Assembly (NCBI GenBank): GCA_963804645.1
Contig: CAWDRG010000019.1
Coordinates: 128,001 to 192,000, forward strand
DNA: 64,000 nucleotides
From: an uncultured Bacillota bacterium
Lineage (GTDB): Bacteria; Sysuimicrobiota; Sysuimicrobiia; Sysuimicrobiales; Segetimicrobiaceae
Direction: 5' to 3'
Part shown: positions 28,039 through 37,272 of the stretch, piece after piece
Numbering within the stretch: position 1 is the first letter of the stretch
Layout: every line of letters starts with the position of its first letter
The notes under the pieces: generated by a model
The model's database searches: none
What the model was told of the DNA's origin: nothing
Seen by the model: only the letters and a program-made list of their open reading frames with translations
Program-made: the position numbers and the translations under genes

Positions 28039-29241
28039 ATGCGCGAGGTCGTGATTGTGGATGCGATTCGAACGCCGATCGGGCGGTATGGAGGCGCGCT
28101 GCGCGACGTGCGTCCGGACGATCTGGCGGCGCAGGTCGTGCAGGCGATCATCCAGCGCAACGGGCTCGATCCGCTGGCGGTGGAGGATGTGGTGCTCGGG
28201 TGCACCAACCAGGCGGGCGAGGACAACCGGAACGTCGCCCGGATGGCCGTGCTGATCGCGGGGCTGCCCGACGACGTGCCGGGCCAGACGGTCAACCGCT
28301 TGTGCGGGTCCGGCATGCAGGCGGTCCATACCGCTGCGCACGCGATCGCCTGCGGCAACGGCGATGTGTACATCGTCGGCGGCGTCGAGAGCATGACCCG
28401 CGCGCCGTTCGTGCTCGGGAAGCCCGACGCAGCGTTTCCCCGCGGGGCGCGGCTGCTGCAGGACACGACCCTCGGCTGGCGGTTCCCGAACCCGACCCTG
28501 GAGGCGCGGTTCCCTCTGTACAGCATGGGGGAGACCGCCGAGAACGTCGCGGAGCGGTATGGCATCTCCCGCGCGGAGCAGGATGCGTTCGCGCTCGAGA
28601 GCCAGCAGCGCGCCGCGGCGGCCGTCCGCGACGGCAAGTTTGCCGAGGAGATCGTCTCGGTCACGGCCCCGGGCCGCGGCGGGTCGACGTCGGTCGTGGA
28701 TACTGACGAACATCCGCGGCCGGACACCACCGCGGAGCGCCTCGCGTCGCTCGCGCCGGTGTTTCGGACCGGGGGGAGCGTCACCGCGGGCAACTCCTCC
28801 GGGATCAACGACGGGGCCGCCGCGCTCCTCGTGACATCGAAGGAGTGGGCCGAGCGCGAGGGCCGGCGTCCGCTGGCACGGATCGTCGCGTCGGCGGTCG
28901 CGGGCGTGGACCCGTCCTACATGGGGATCGGGCCGATCCCCGCGACGCGCAAGGCGCTCGCGCGTGCCGGGTGGACGATCGACGAGGTCGACCTCGTCGA
29001 GTTGAACGAAGCGTTTGCCGTGCAGGTCCTCGCGTGTGTCCGTGACCTAGGCATCGACCGCGCGCGCCTCAACCCAAACGGCGGCGCGATCGCGCTCGGG
29101 CACCCGGTGGGCGCGAGCGGCGCCCGCATCCTGGTCACGCTCGTGCGCGAGATGGTCCGGCGGGACGTGCGGCGCGGCTTGGCGACGATGTGCATCGGCG
29201 TCGGCCAGGGCATCGCGACGCTCCTGGAGCGGCCGGCCTGA
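28039..29241 (+). CDS. paaJ: Thiolase (PaaJ/PcaF-like 3-oxoadipyl-CoA thiolase)
   Basis: [32 protein letters not shown] and MCIGVGQG. Confidence 0.88.
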   Translation: MREVVIVDAIRTPIGRYGGALRDVRPDDLAAQVVQAIIQRNGLDPLAVEDVVLGCTNQAGEDNRNVARMAVLIAGLPDDVPGQTVNRLCGSGMQAVHTAAHAIACGNGDVYIVGGVESMTRAPFVLGKPDAAFPRGARLLQDTTLGWRFPNPTLEARFPLYSMGETAENVAERYGISRAEQDAFALESQQRAAAAVRDGKFAEEIVSVTAPGRGGSTSVVDTDEHPRPDTTAERLASLAPVFRTGGSVTAGNSSGINDGAAALLVTSKEWAEREGRRPLARIVASAVAGVDPSYMGIGPIPATRKALARAGWTIDEVDLVELNEAFAVQVLACVRDLGIDRARLNPNGGAIALGHPVGASGARILVTLVREMVRRDVRRGLATMCIGVGQGIATLLERPA

Positions 29242-29249
29242 GGGCGGCG

Positions 29250-30166
29250 ATGGCCGGGAGCGCCGGGATGCGCGCGCGCTCGATGCTGTTTACGCTGTTC
29301 GGCGACTACGTCCGGCACTACGGCGGCACGATCTGGGTCGGCAGCCTGATCGCACTCATGGCCGAGCTCGGCTTCACCGCGCATGCCGTGCGCGCCGCCG
29401 TGTCGCGGATGGCCCGCCAGGGGTGGCTCGCCCCGACGCGGGTCGGCCGCGCCAGTTACTATGCGCTGACGCCTCGCGGACAGGACCGGATCGCGGAGGC
29501 CGCCGGCCGGATCTTCAAGCTGTATCCCGAGGCGTGGGACCGCCACTGGCGGCTGCTCGTGGTGCCGTCGGGAGGCACCGCCCGGCCGCAGCAGGCGGCG
29601 ATGCGCCGTGAACTCGGCTGGATCGGATTCGCGCGGGTGGGGCCGGGCCAGTACATCACGGCGAACGACGTGCTCGGCCGGCTCGCGTCCGTGGAGGAGC
29701 GCTATGGCCTCGTCGGGCGGATCGAGACGTTCGTGGCCCGCCACGAGGGGGGAGCACGGACGCCGCGCTGGCCGCGCGCTCCTGGGACCTCGGCGCCATC
29801 AACGCCGCCTACGCGGCATTTCTCGCGGCCTGGCGGCCGCGGCTGGATGCGAGCCGCGCCGCGGCCGTCGGGGTGTCAGACGCCGAGGCGTTCTCGGAAA
29901 AGTCGCGTCTCGTGCACGAGTTTCGGAAGTTCCTGTTCGTCGATCCCGGTCTTCCCAAGGAGCTGCTGCCGCCGCGCTGGAGCGGGCTCGACGCCCGCGC
30001 GGTGTTCTCCGCGTACTACCATCTCCTGGCGGAGGGGGCGCTGCGCTGCTTCGAGGCGCATTACCGGCCGGCTCCGGGGCGCGAGGCCGACCTGCCGGAC
30101 GGCCGCCGGGCCGCGCGGCGCGACCCGTTCCGACCTGCGGCGCAGGCCGGCGTCGTGCTCGATTAG
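29250..30166 (+). pseudogene. paaX: PaaX family transcriptional repressor, frameshifted at G6 (29747-29752)
   Basis: N-half reads RSMLFTLFGDY...AVSRM...GW...Y.LT. The C-half, in the -1 frame, reads SWDL..IN..Y..F...LVHEFRKFLFVDPGLP.ELLP..W.G. Confidence 0.85.
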
Positions 30167-31482
30167 CCTCCGGCGGTCGGGACCGCCGGGAGCTCGGTGC
30201 CTTCCTCGAGGTACAGTTCGTCCGTGGTCTCGTCGAACGCGTAGGCTTCCGCGTACCGCCCGAACCCGACGAGGATGTTGAGCTGACGGCGCGCTTCTTC
30301 GAAGCTGAAGTGGCGCTCGAGCGCGTCCAGGAACGTTTCCGCCGACATGCGGTGGCCCTCGTGTTCCGCCAGCTGCTGGACGATCTCGCGCGCCGGCGCG
30401 ATCCGGCTCAGGAGCGCCTTGCGGAAGATCTCCTTCTTGTCCTGCACCGTCGCCTCGGCGAACGCCTTGCCTTGGGGCGTGAGTTCGAGGTCGCCTTCGC
30501 GGGCGGTCGCAAACCCGAGCATCTCGGCCGCTTCGACCGCCGGCAGGAGGTCCTCGACGTCGAACTGCAGCTCCGCGCCGACCTTGGCGAGTTCGGCGCG
30601 GCCGCCCTCGTTCTGGACGAGCTCCACGAGTCCGGTGATCAGGCCGACGGACGCGTACGGCAGCCGCGGGATCAGCGGCTTGGCGTGCTGGAGCCGGCGG
30701 GCCCGGTCGCCCGTGAGCACCTCGTACACGTGCTCGACGGCGCGCTGAAACTCCGGCGAGTGGCGGTCCCGCCAGTGCGGAATCTCCGGCCGGATCTCTT
30801 CGACGATGTGGGCCGGGTTCGCGCTCAAGACGATGATGCGGTCGGCCATGAACACCGCTTCCTCGATGCTGTGGGTCACGATCGCGATGGCGCGCGTCGG
30901 GAAGCGCCTCCCCAGCCAGAGTTCGAGCAGGTCGGTGCGCAGGTTTTCGGCCGTCAGGGCGTCGAGGGCCGAGAAGGGCTCGTCCATGAGCAAAATATCC
31001 GGCTGCACCGCCAGCGCGCGCGCGAAGCCGACCCGCTGCCGCATGCCGCCGGACAATTCTTTTGGAAACGCCGTTTCGAAACCGTCGAGACCGATGAGAT
31101 CGATCATATGAAGCGCGCGCTTCCGCCGCTCCTCGGGCTCCACGCCGATCGCGCTGAGCCCGAGCTCGACGTTGTCGAGCACGGTCAGCCACGGGAAGAG
31201 CGCGAAGGTCTGAAACACCATCGCGACCCCGGGATTGGGTCCGGTCACGGGTTGTCCGCGGTACAATACTTCGCCGCTCGAGGGAGGGATGAGCCCGGCC
31301 AGGACGCGCAGCAGCGTGGATTTCCCGCAGCCCGAGGCTCCGAGGATCGCCAGGACCTCCGCCGCGCGGATCTGGAGGTCGATCTGGTCGAGCACGACGG
31401 TCACCCCGCCGCCGGGGCGCGCGTAGGCGATGGTGATCTGCTTCGCGTCCACGAGCACGGTCGGTGCGCTGGTGATGACCAC
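30163..31482 (-). CDS. NitT/TauT-family ABC ATP-binding protein with a C-terminal AAA-associated domain
   Basis: GASGCGKST, LSGGMRQRVG, MDEPFSALD and C-terminal GRYAE. Confidence 0.92.
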   Translation of the reverse strand: MVITSAPTVLVDAKQITIAYARPGGGVTVVLDQIDLQIRAAEVLAILGASGCGKSTLLRVLAGLIPPSSGEVLYRGQPVTGPNPGVAMVFQTFALFPWLTVLDNVELGLSAIGVEPEERRKRALHMIDLIGLDGFETAFPKELSGGMRQRVGFARALAVQPDILLMDEPFSALDALTAENLRTDLLELWLGRRFPTRAIAIVTHSIEEAVFMADRIIVLSANPAHIVEEIRPEIPHWRDRHSPEFQRAVEHVYEVLTGDRARRLQHAKPLIPRLPYASVGLITGLVELVQNEGGRAELAKVGAELQFDVEDLLPAVEAAEMLGFATAREGDLELTPQGKAFAEATVQDKKEIFRKALLSRIAPAREIVQQLAEHEGHRMSAETFLDALERHFSFEEARRQLNILVGFGRYAEAYAFDETTDELYLEEGTELPAVPTAGG

Positions 31483-31543
31483 GCGTCACGCTCCTCGCAT
31501 GGATCTGGGTTGCCGCCCTTGTCGAGTCGGTGGTTCGGTCGTG

Positions 31544-33274
31544 CTAGAGATGGTAGCGGTCTTCGGCCAGATGCGCGGCCCGCTTCCAGAACAGACGGTT
31601 GATGATGACGACGACGACGGCCATGGTCACCGTGGCCGCCGCGAGCAGCGGGTAGTCGCCCCCGGCCGCGGCCGCCGAGATCAGCGCGCCGAGCCCGATC
31701 GTCTGCAGGACCTTGTTGTCGAAGGTTACGTACTCGGACACGATGGTGGCGTTGAACGCGCCGCCCTGAGCCGTGAGGCCGCCGGTGACGAGATGGGGGA
31801 AAATCCCGGGCAGGATCAGGGTGCGCCAGCGCATCCACCCGCGTATCTTCATGAGAGAGGCGGCCTCCTGCAGGTCGCGGGGCAGGGCGATCGCGCCGGC
31901 GATCGTGTTGAACAGGATGTACCACTGCGTGCCGAGCAGCATCAGCAGGACCGACGCGATCGAGAGACCGCCGCCCAGGCGTACGAGGAGGAGGAGCAGG
32001 ATCGGAAACACGGCGGTCGCGGGAACCGACGCCGCGATCTGCGCCAGCGGTTGGGCCGCGCGCGCGAGCCTCGGGTGCAGGCCGATCGCGACGCCGGCCG
32101 GGACCGTCCACGCGAACGAGATTGCCAGCGCGACGGCGATCCGCAGCACCGACGCTCCCGTGCCTTCCGAGATCTCGAGCCATTTCTCGAGCGGGAGCGC
32201 CCAGACCAGCTGGACGAGGGAGATGAAACCCCACCCCGCCACCGCGAGCGCCGCGAGGCCGAGCAGCCGCAGCAGTCCCGTCTCCACGCCGGAGACGTCT
32301 CGGTTCGCGGGCGCAAGTGCGGCCGGCGCGTGCGCGGGGTGCCGCCGCAAGCGCGCCAGCGCCGTCTGAATCTGGCGAGCGGTCTGCGGCAGCAGCCGGG
32401 ACTGGTTCAAGAGGTCGAGCATCCAGGAGGTCGGCACGTCCTGGCTCTCCGACTGTTCCACCTTAAACCGCTCGCTCCATGCGATCAGCGGCCGCCACAC
32501 CAGCTGATCCAGCGCGACGATGAGAGCGATCAGCGTGCCGAGGCCCCACAGGATCGAAGGGACGTCGCCGTTATTCGCGGCGGCGAAGAGGTAGCTGCCG
32601 AGACCGGGGAGCGTGAAGGACTCCTTCCCGAGCGTGAACGCCTCCGTGGCCATCAGGAAGAACCAGCCGCCGGCCCACGACATCATGCTGTTCCAGACGA
32701 GGCCGATGACGGCGGCGGGCAGGTCGAGCGAGATGAACCGCTGCCACCACGACAGGCGGAAGGCGCGCGCCGCTTCGGTCAGTTCTTCCGGGATGGTCAA
32801 CAGCGAGTGGTAGAAGCTGAACGCCATGTTCCAGACCATGCCCGTGAAGATCAGCAGCACGCTGCCGAATTCGATCCCGATCGAGCTCCCGGGGAACAGC
32901 GCGATCATCGCGAGCAGCACGGCGGGGAGAAACGACAGCACCGGGATCGACTGGAGGATGTCGAGCATCGGCACCAGGATGCGTCCCGCCGCACGGTTGC
33001 GTGCCGCCGCGTACCCGACCACGAGCGTAAACGTGAGCGACAGCAGGTACGCCGCGATCATTCGCAGGAGCGAGAGGAGGGCGTAGCGCGGCAGGGCCGC
33101 GGGATGGAGGTCGATCGTGACCGACGGGGTCGCCCGGACAAACCCCCGGGAGGCGACCGCCAGCAGCAGGTACAGGCCGGCGGCGATCACGGCGAGCAGC
33201 ACCGCGTCGACGGTCCAGCCGCGCTGAGCCTGCAGCAGTTTGGTGTTGGGGTGTCGAAACATCGGTGCGCCCAT
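31544..33274 (-). CDS. NitT/TauT-family ABC permease with two fused permease domains
   Basis: LDILQSIPVL, WNSMMSWAGGWFFL and GTQWYILFN motifs plus two EAA loops. Confidence 0.9.
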   Translation of the reverse strand: MGAPMFRHPNTKLLQAQRGWTVDAVLLAVIAAGLYLLLAVASRGFVRATPSVTIDLHPAALPRYALLSLLRMIAAYLLSLTFTLVVGYAAARNRAAGRILVPMLDILQSIPVLSFLPAVLLAMIALFPGSSIGIEFGSVLLIFTGMVWNMAFSFYHSLLTIPEELTEAARAFRLSWWQRFISLDLPAAVIGLVWNSMMSWAGGWFFLMATEAFTLGKESFTLPGLGSYLFAAANNGDVPSILWGLGTLIALIVALDQLVWRPLIAWSERFKVEQSESQDVPTSWMLDLLNQSRLLPQTARQIQTALARLRRHPAHAPAALAPANRDVSGVETGLLRLLGLAALAVAGWGFISLVQLVWALPLEKWLEISEGTGASVLRIAVALAISFAWTVPAGVAIGLHPRLARAAQPLAQIAASVPATAVFPILLLLLVRLGGGLSIASVLLMLLGTQWYILFNTIAGAIALPRDLQEAASLMKIRGWMRWRTLILPGIFPHLVTGGLTAQGGAFNATIVSEYVTFDNKVLQTIGLGALISAAAAGGDYPLLAAATVTMAVVVVIINRLFWKRAAHLAEDRYHL

Positions 33275-33466
33275 CGTATCCCGGCCGCGGCGACCCCGTC
33301 AATGCAGGCACGGCCGCCGGGGCGACGCGGCGCGACCCGACGCCAAGTGTTCGCCGTCGCTTAACGCAATCCGGCCGGTGATCGGGGCGGGCGCGGGGCG
33401 CCCGCCGACCGATCGCCCGGTGGGGCCGCGGGCACGGAGGGCACGGTGGGACGGTGGGCCGCCGGT

Positions 33467-33496
33467 TTGACACCGCGTCGGGTGGGTCGATATAAT
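33467..33496 (+). promoter_or_regulatory. Consensus sigma70 promoter of secD-secF
   Basis: TTGACA-N18-TATAAT, both hexamers perfect. Confidence 0.88.
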
Positions 33497-33545
33497 GAGC
33501 GATGGTTCGGAAGGCTTTTTTTGTTTGTGCCGGAGGATGGCGCGC

Positions 33546-34928
33546 GTGAAGCTGAGCCACACGGTCCGTTTGTTCATCGTCGTGCTGATCGCGCTGGTGG
33601 CGTGTGGGGTCGCGTTTCAGCCGATCCGCTTTGAGGGCGCGGTTCCGGTCTGGCAGGGGCCGCGGTCCAGCCTGAACCTGGGCCTGGATCTGCAGGGCGG
33701 GAGCCACATCCAGCTCCAGGCGGTGCCGACGGCCCAGACCGCGGTCACCGACGACGCGATGAACGGGGTCCTGAGTGTCATCCGGAACCGCGTCGACCAG
33801 CTCGGCGTATCCGAGCCGAACATCGTGCGGCAGGGCCGGGACCGGATCGTGATCGAGCTGCCCGGCATCAAGGATCCGGCGCGCGCGCTCAACATCATCG
33901 GCAAGACCGCGCTCCTCGAGTTCGTCGACACCGGGAGCGTCTCGCTGCCCGAGAATGCGACGTGGATCAACCCGGACACCGTCCAGGAGCCGCCCACCAA
34001 CACGACGGTCAAGGTGCCGAAGAACGTGCTGCTGACTGGCGCGGATCTCGCGGGGGCGGCCGAGCAGTACGATCCGACCTACGGGACACCGGAGGTCGCG
34101 TTTACGTTCAAGAGCTCTGCCGCGAGGAAGTTTGAGGACTATACCGCCAAGAACATCGGGAAGTACCTCACGATCGTCCTCGACAACAAAGTGATCAGCT
34201 CCCCGGTGATCCAGTCCGCGATCCCCGGGGGCAAGGGCGTCATCAACGGCAGCTTCACGCTGGAGTCGGCGAGCGAGCTGGCGGTGCTGCTGCGGGCCGG
34301 CGCGCTGCCGATCCCGGTCAAGGTCGTTGAGAACCAGACGATCGGGCCGCTGCTCGGCAAAGATTCGATCGACCGCAGCGTGCGCGCCGGCGAAGTCGCG
34401 ATGGTGATGGTCGCGCTTTTCATGTTCCTCTACTATCGGTTCTCCGGCTTCCTGGCCGACATCGCGCTCGTCGTGTACACGCTGATCGTCTTCGCGCTGA
34501 TGACGGGCATCGGGGCGGCCCTGAGCCTCCCCGGGATCGCCGGCTTCATTCTGTCGCTCGGCGTCGCGGTCGACGCGAACGTGATCATTTTCGAGAAGGT
34601 CAAGGAAGAGCTGCGCGCGCAGAAGAGCCTCCGGGCGTCGGTGGCGGCCGGATGGAGCCGGGCGATCGTGACGATCCTCGACTCCAACGCGACGACGCTG
34701 ATCGGGGCGTTCGTGCTGCTGTGGCTCGGCACCGGACCGGTGCGCGGGTTCGCGGTGACCCTGATCCTCGGCATCCTGACCAGCATCTTCACGGCGATCG
34801 TTGTGACCCGCGTGTTCGTCGACGTCGCCCTCGATACGCCGACGGGATCCCGGTGGATCCAGCATCTCGGGGATCTGCCGCACAAGACGCCGGCGACCGC
34901 CCCGGGCACTGCCGGGGCGGGGGAGTAG
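33546..34928 (+). CDS. secD: Protein translocase subunit SecD
   Basis: LGLDLQGG, RVDQLGVSEP, LRAGALP, AVDANVIIFE and ILDSNATT. GTG 33546 chosen from GGAGG spacing. Confidence 0.96.
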   Translation: MKLSHTVRLFIVVLIALVACGVAFQPIRFEGAVPVWQGPRSSLNLGLDLQGGSHIQLQAVPTAQTAVTDDAMNGVLSVIRNRVDQLGVSEPNIVRQGRDRIVIELPGIKDPARALNIIGKTALLEFVDTGSVSLPENATWINPDTVQEPPTNTTVKVPKNVLLTGADLAGAAEQYDPTYGTPEVAFTFKSSAARKFEDYTAKNIGKYLTIVLDNKVISSPVIQSAIPGGKGVINGSFTLESASELAVLLRAGALPIPVKVVENQTIGPLLGKDSIDRSVRAGEVAMVMVALFMFLYYRFSGFLADIALVVYTLIVFALMTGIGAALSLPGIAGFILSLGVAVDANVIIFEKVKEELRAQKSLRASVAAGWSRAIVTILDSNATTLIGAFVLLWLGTGPVRGFAVTLILGILTSIFTAIVVTRVFVDVALDTPTGSRWIQHLGDLPHKTPATAPGTAGAGE

Positions 34929-34932
34929 GCGC

Positions 34933-35997
34933 GTGGACAAGACGTTCAATCTGATCAAGCACCGGCGCTGGTACTACGCGCTGTCGCTGGCCGTGATCCT
35001 CCCCGGGCTGTTCGCGCTGTACTTCCACCACGTGCACGATCACCACGCGCTCAACTGGGGCGTGGACTTCACCGGCGGCGACTCGATCGAGCTCCAGATC
35101 ACCGATCCGTTCACGACGGGCGACGTGCGGCAGGTGCTGCAGGGGTTCGGCCTCGGCGACGCGGTCATCCAGACGTCCGGGCAGAACAACCTGTTCATCC
35201 GTACGCGGCTGCTGACGCAGGACCAGACCAATCAGATCATCGCGGCGATGAAGAACAAGTTCCCCCATTCCGAGATGCTGCAGGAGGACACGGTCGGGCC
35301 CGAGATCGGGGCCGAGCTGCAGAGCAAGGCGATCATGGGGGTCGTGGTCGGCCTCATCCTCCAGGTGATCTTCATCTCCGTGCGGTTCCGGTCGATCCGC
35401 TTCGCGATCGCGGCGGACGTCGCCCTGCTGCACGACCTGCTCGTGGTCATCGGGGCGTTCGCGATCACGCAGATCGAGGTCGACAGCTCGTTCCTGGCCG
35501 TCCTGCTGACGGTCGCCGGCTACTCGATCAACGACACGATCGTGATCTTCGACCGCATCCGCGAGAACCTCAACATGCGGACGCGGGAGCCGTTCGAGCC
35601 CCTCGTCAACCGCAGCGTCCTCGAGGCATTGGTACGGTCGATCAACACCGCCATGACCGCGGTGCTGGCGATCGGGGCCGTCTACCTGTTCGGCGGGGAG
35701 ACGATTCGGCCGGTCGCGTTCGGACTGATGGTCTCGATCATCACCGGCGGGTATTCCTCGATCTTCAACGCGAGCCCGATCCTGGTCGACTGGTACAACT
35801 GGGACGAGCGGCGCAAGGCGCGGACCGCGGGCACCGGCGCGGGCGCGCGTCCCGTGCGCGCCGCCAGCGCGCCCGAGCCGGCGCTGCCGTCAGGTGACGG
35901 GGCCGCGCGCGGCGACGGCGGGATGGTGCCCGTGCTGAACGCGCCGGTGCGGTCCGGGGCGAGTCGCCGCCGGCGCGGCGGGCGGCGGAGGCGGTAG
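34933..35997 (+). CDS. secF: Protein translocase subunit SecF
   Basis: GVDFTGG, VGPEIG.EL, LLHD and GYSINDTIVIFDRIRE. Confidence 0.96.
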   Translation: MDKTFNLIKHRRWYYALSLAVILPGLFALYFHHVHDHHALNWGVDFTGGDSIELQITDPFTTGDVRQVLQGFGLGDAVIQTSGQNNLFIRTRLLTQDQTNQIIAAMKNKFPHSEMLQEDTVGPEIGAELQSKAIMGVVVGLILQVIFISVRFRSIRFAIAADVALLHDLLVVIGAFAITQIEVDSSFLAVLLTVAGYSINDTIVIFDRIRENLNMRTREPFEPLVNRSVLEALVRSINTAMTAVLAIGAVYLFGGETIRPVAFGLMVSIITGGYSSIFNASPILVDWYNWDERRKARTAGTGAGARPVRAASAPEPALPSGDGAARGDGGMVPVLNAPVRSGASRRRRGGRRRR

Positions 35998-36005
35998 CCG
36001 GCCGA

Positions 36006-36314
36006 ATGCGGTTCGGGGTCGTGGTCCTGTTGCTCGTCCTCGTCGTCGTGGCGGCGTTTACCGCGAGCAATCTGGGCAGCACCACCCTGTTGTTCTGGCG
36101 GTGGCCCGTGCTCGTCGCACCGCTGTCGTACATCGTGGTGGGCGCGGCTGTGCTCGGGGCGCTGTTGGTGCTGCTCGTGTCCTGGCCGCGCCACCGGCAC
36201 CTGGGGGCGCGGATCCGCGAGCTCGAGGGGCGGTTGCGGATCCTTGAGGCGCCGCCGCGCGAGTCTCCCGCGACGTTCGGAGCGCGGTCGGACGAGACGC
36301 GCCGCTTCCCCTAG
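36006..36314 (+). CDS. LapA (DUF1049) family small membrane protein
   Basis: TM-F...N....LF.W....PL-TM-coiled-coil layout. Confidence 0.7.
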   Translation: MRFGVVVLLLVLVVVAAFTASNLGSTTLLFWRWPVLVAPLSYIVVGAAVLGALLVLLVSWPRHRHLGARIRELEGRLRILEAPPRESPATFGARSDETRRFP

Positions 36315-36359
36315 CCCGTTCCCTCCTCCGCGCGGCGCCGGCCGCGGCACGCCGGCCGG

Positions 36360-37154
36360 CTACATCAGGGCGACAAGGAACAGGAATCCGCACACTCCGA
36401 ACACTTTGATGGACACCACGTACAGCGTTGTAAACCCCACAAGGACGATCGCGGTCGCGAACATCCACGAGGACCGATCGAGGACCGGTGGTGTTGCCGC
36501 GCGTGTCCGCGGGGCGGTTCGCGGGGCCGCCGCGGGGGACTGCACCTGCTGGTAGGCGCGGATGATGCTCCGCAGCTTGGCCGCGGCGCGCTCCTGCGCG
36601 GCGGGATCCGCCGCGAACCGGTCGGGATGCCACTGCTTGACGAGCCGGCGGTAGGCGGCCTTGACCTCCGACCGGGGCGTCCCAGGTGAGAGATTCAGCA
36701 CCCGGTAGCTCGCGGCCACGCTCTCGGCGATCACCGGGCGCTTCTCGACGGGTGTCTCCTCCGCTGGCGTCCACGAGTTCCACGCGTTCCACAGTGGATC
36801 GAACCGCGGGCGCGTCTCACGGGTCATCTCACGATACCAATCCGCGCAGAACAGGATGAGGGGGAGGGCCCCGGCCACGTACCAAAAGCCCTCCGGCAGC
36901 CGGCTCGCGACGGCGGCCTGGGCCGCCAGCGCCAGCGCGAGCACCACGATGCTCGCGCCGATCCACGCCATCGTCGGCCGGACGCCCTCGGCGAGGGCGC
37001 GGGACACGGCGACGATCAGCCGCCATCCCGGCTTCAGCCCCTTCCGCAGCAGGAGGGGGACCTGCTCCAGCTCCCGGAACGGTGATCGGGAGGCGATCAT
37101 GGTGCCGGCACCCTCGATCCTCGGATCCCCACTCGCATGGAACCGATCTTCCAT
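36360..37154 (-). CDS. Membrane-bound J-domain protein
   Basis: Y.VL.L...EVKAAYRRLVKQWHPDRF...I.RAY flanked by hydrophobic segments. Start is uncertain (37154 or 37100). Confidence 0.75.
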   Translation of the reverse strand: MEDRFHASGDPRIEGAGTMIASRSPFRELEQVPLLLRKGLKPGWRLIVAVSRALAEGVRPTMAWIGASIVVLALALAAQAAVASRLPEGFWYVAGALPLILFCADWYREMTRETRPRFDPLWNAWNSWTPAEETPVEKRPVIAESVAASYRVLNLSPGTPRSEVKAAYRRLVKQWHPDRFAADPAAQERAAAKLRSIIRAYQQVQSPAAAPRTAPRTRAATPPVLDRSSWMFATAIVLVGFTTLYVVSIKVFGVCGFLFLVALM

Positions 37155-37272
37155 CGCGGCGCGCCAGCTCCTTCCTGGTGGCGGGCGTCCGGGCCGGCCG
37201 CCGGCTGCGCCGGACGGTCCGGTGCGGCCGGGGAACGCGCCGCGCGCTCCCGGCACGTTATAATTGAGCGTG

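Noticed and set aside
29190..30281. 363-aa ORF as a PaaX with a novel C-terminus
   Set aside because: The C-terminal half is out-of-frame sequence after the G6 frameshift; the true PaaX C-domain is in another frame.
33275..33535. Possible riboswitch in the divergent ABC permease/secD intergenic region
   Set aside because: There are GC-rich stems and a T-run after the secD promoter, but I could not match a known aptamer consensus by eye. An Rfam scan would be needed.
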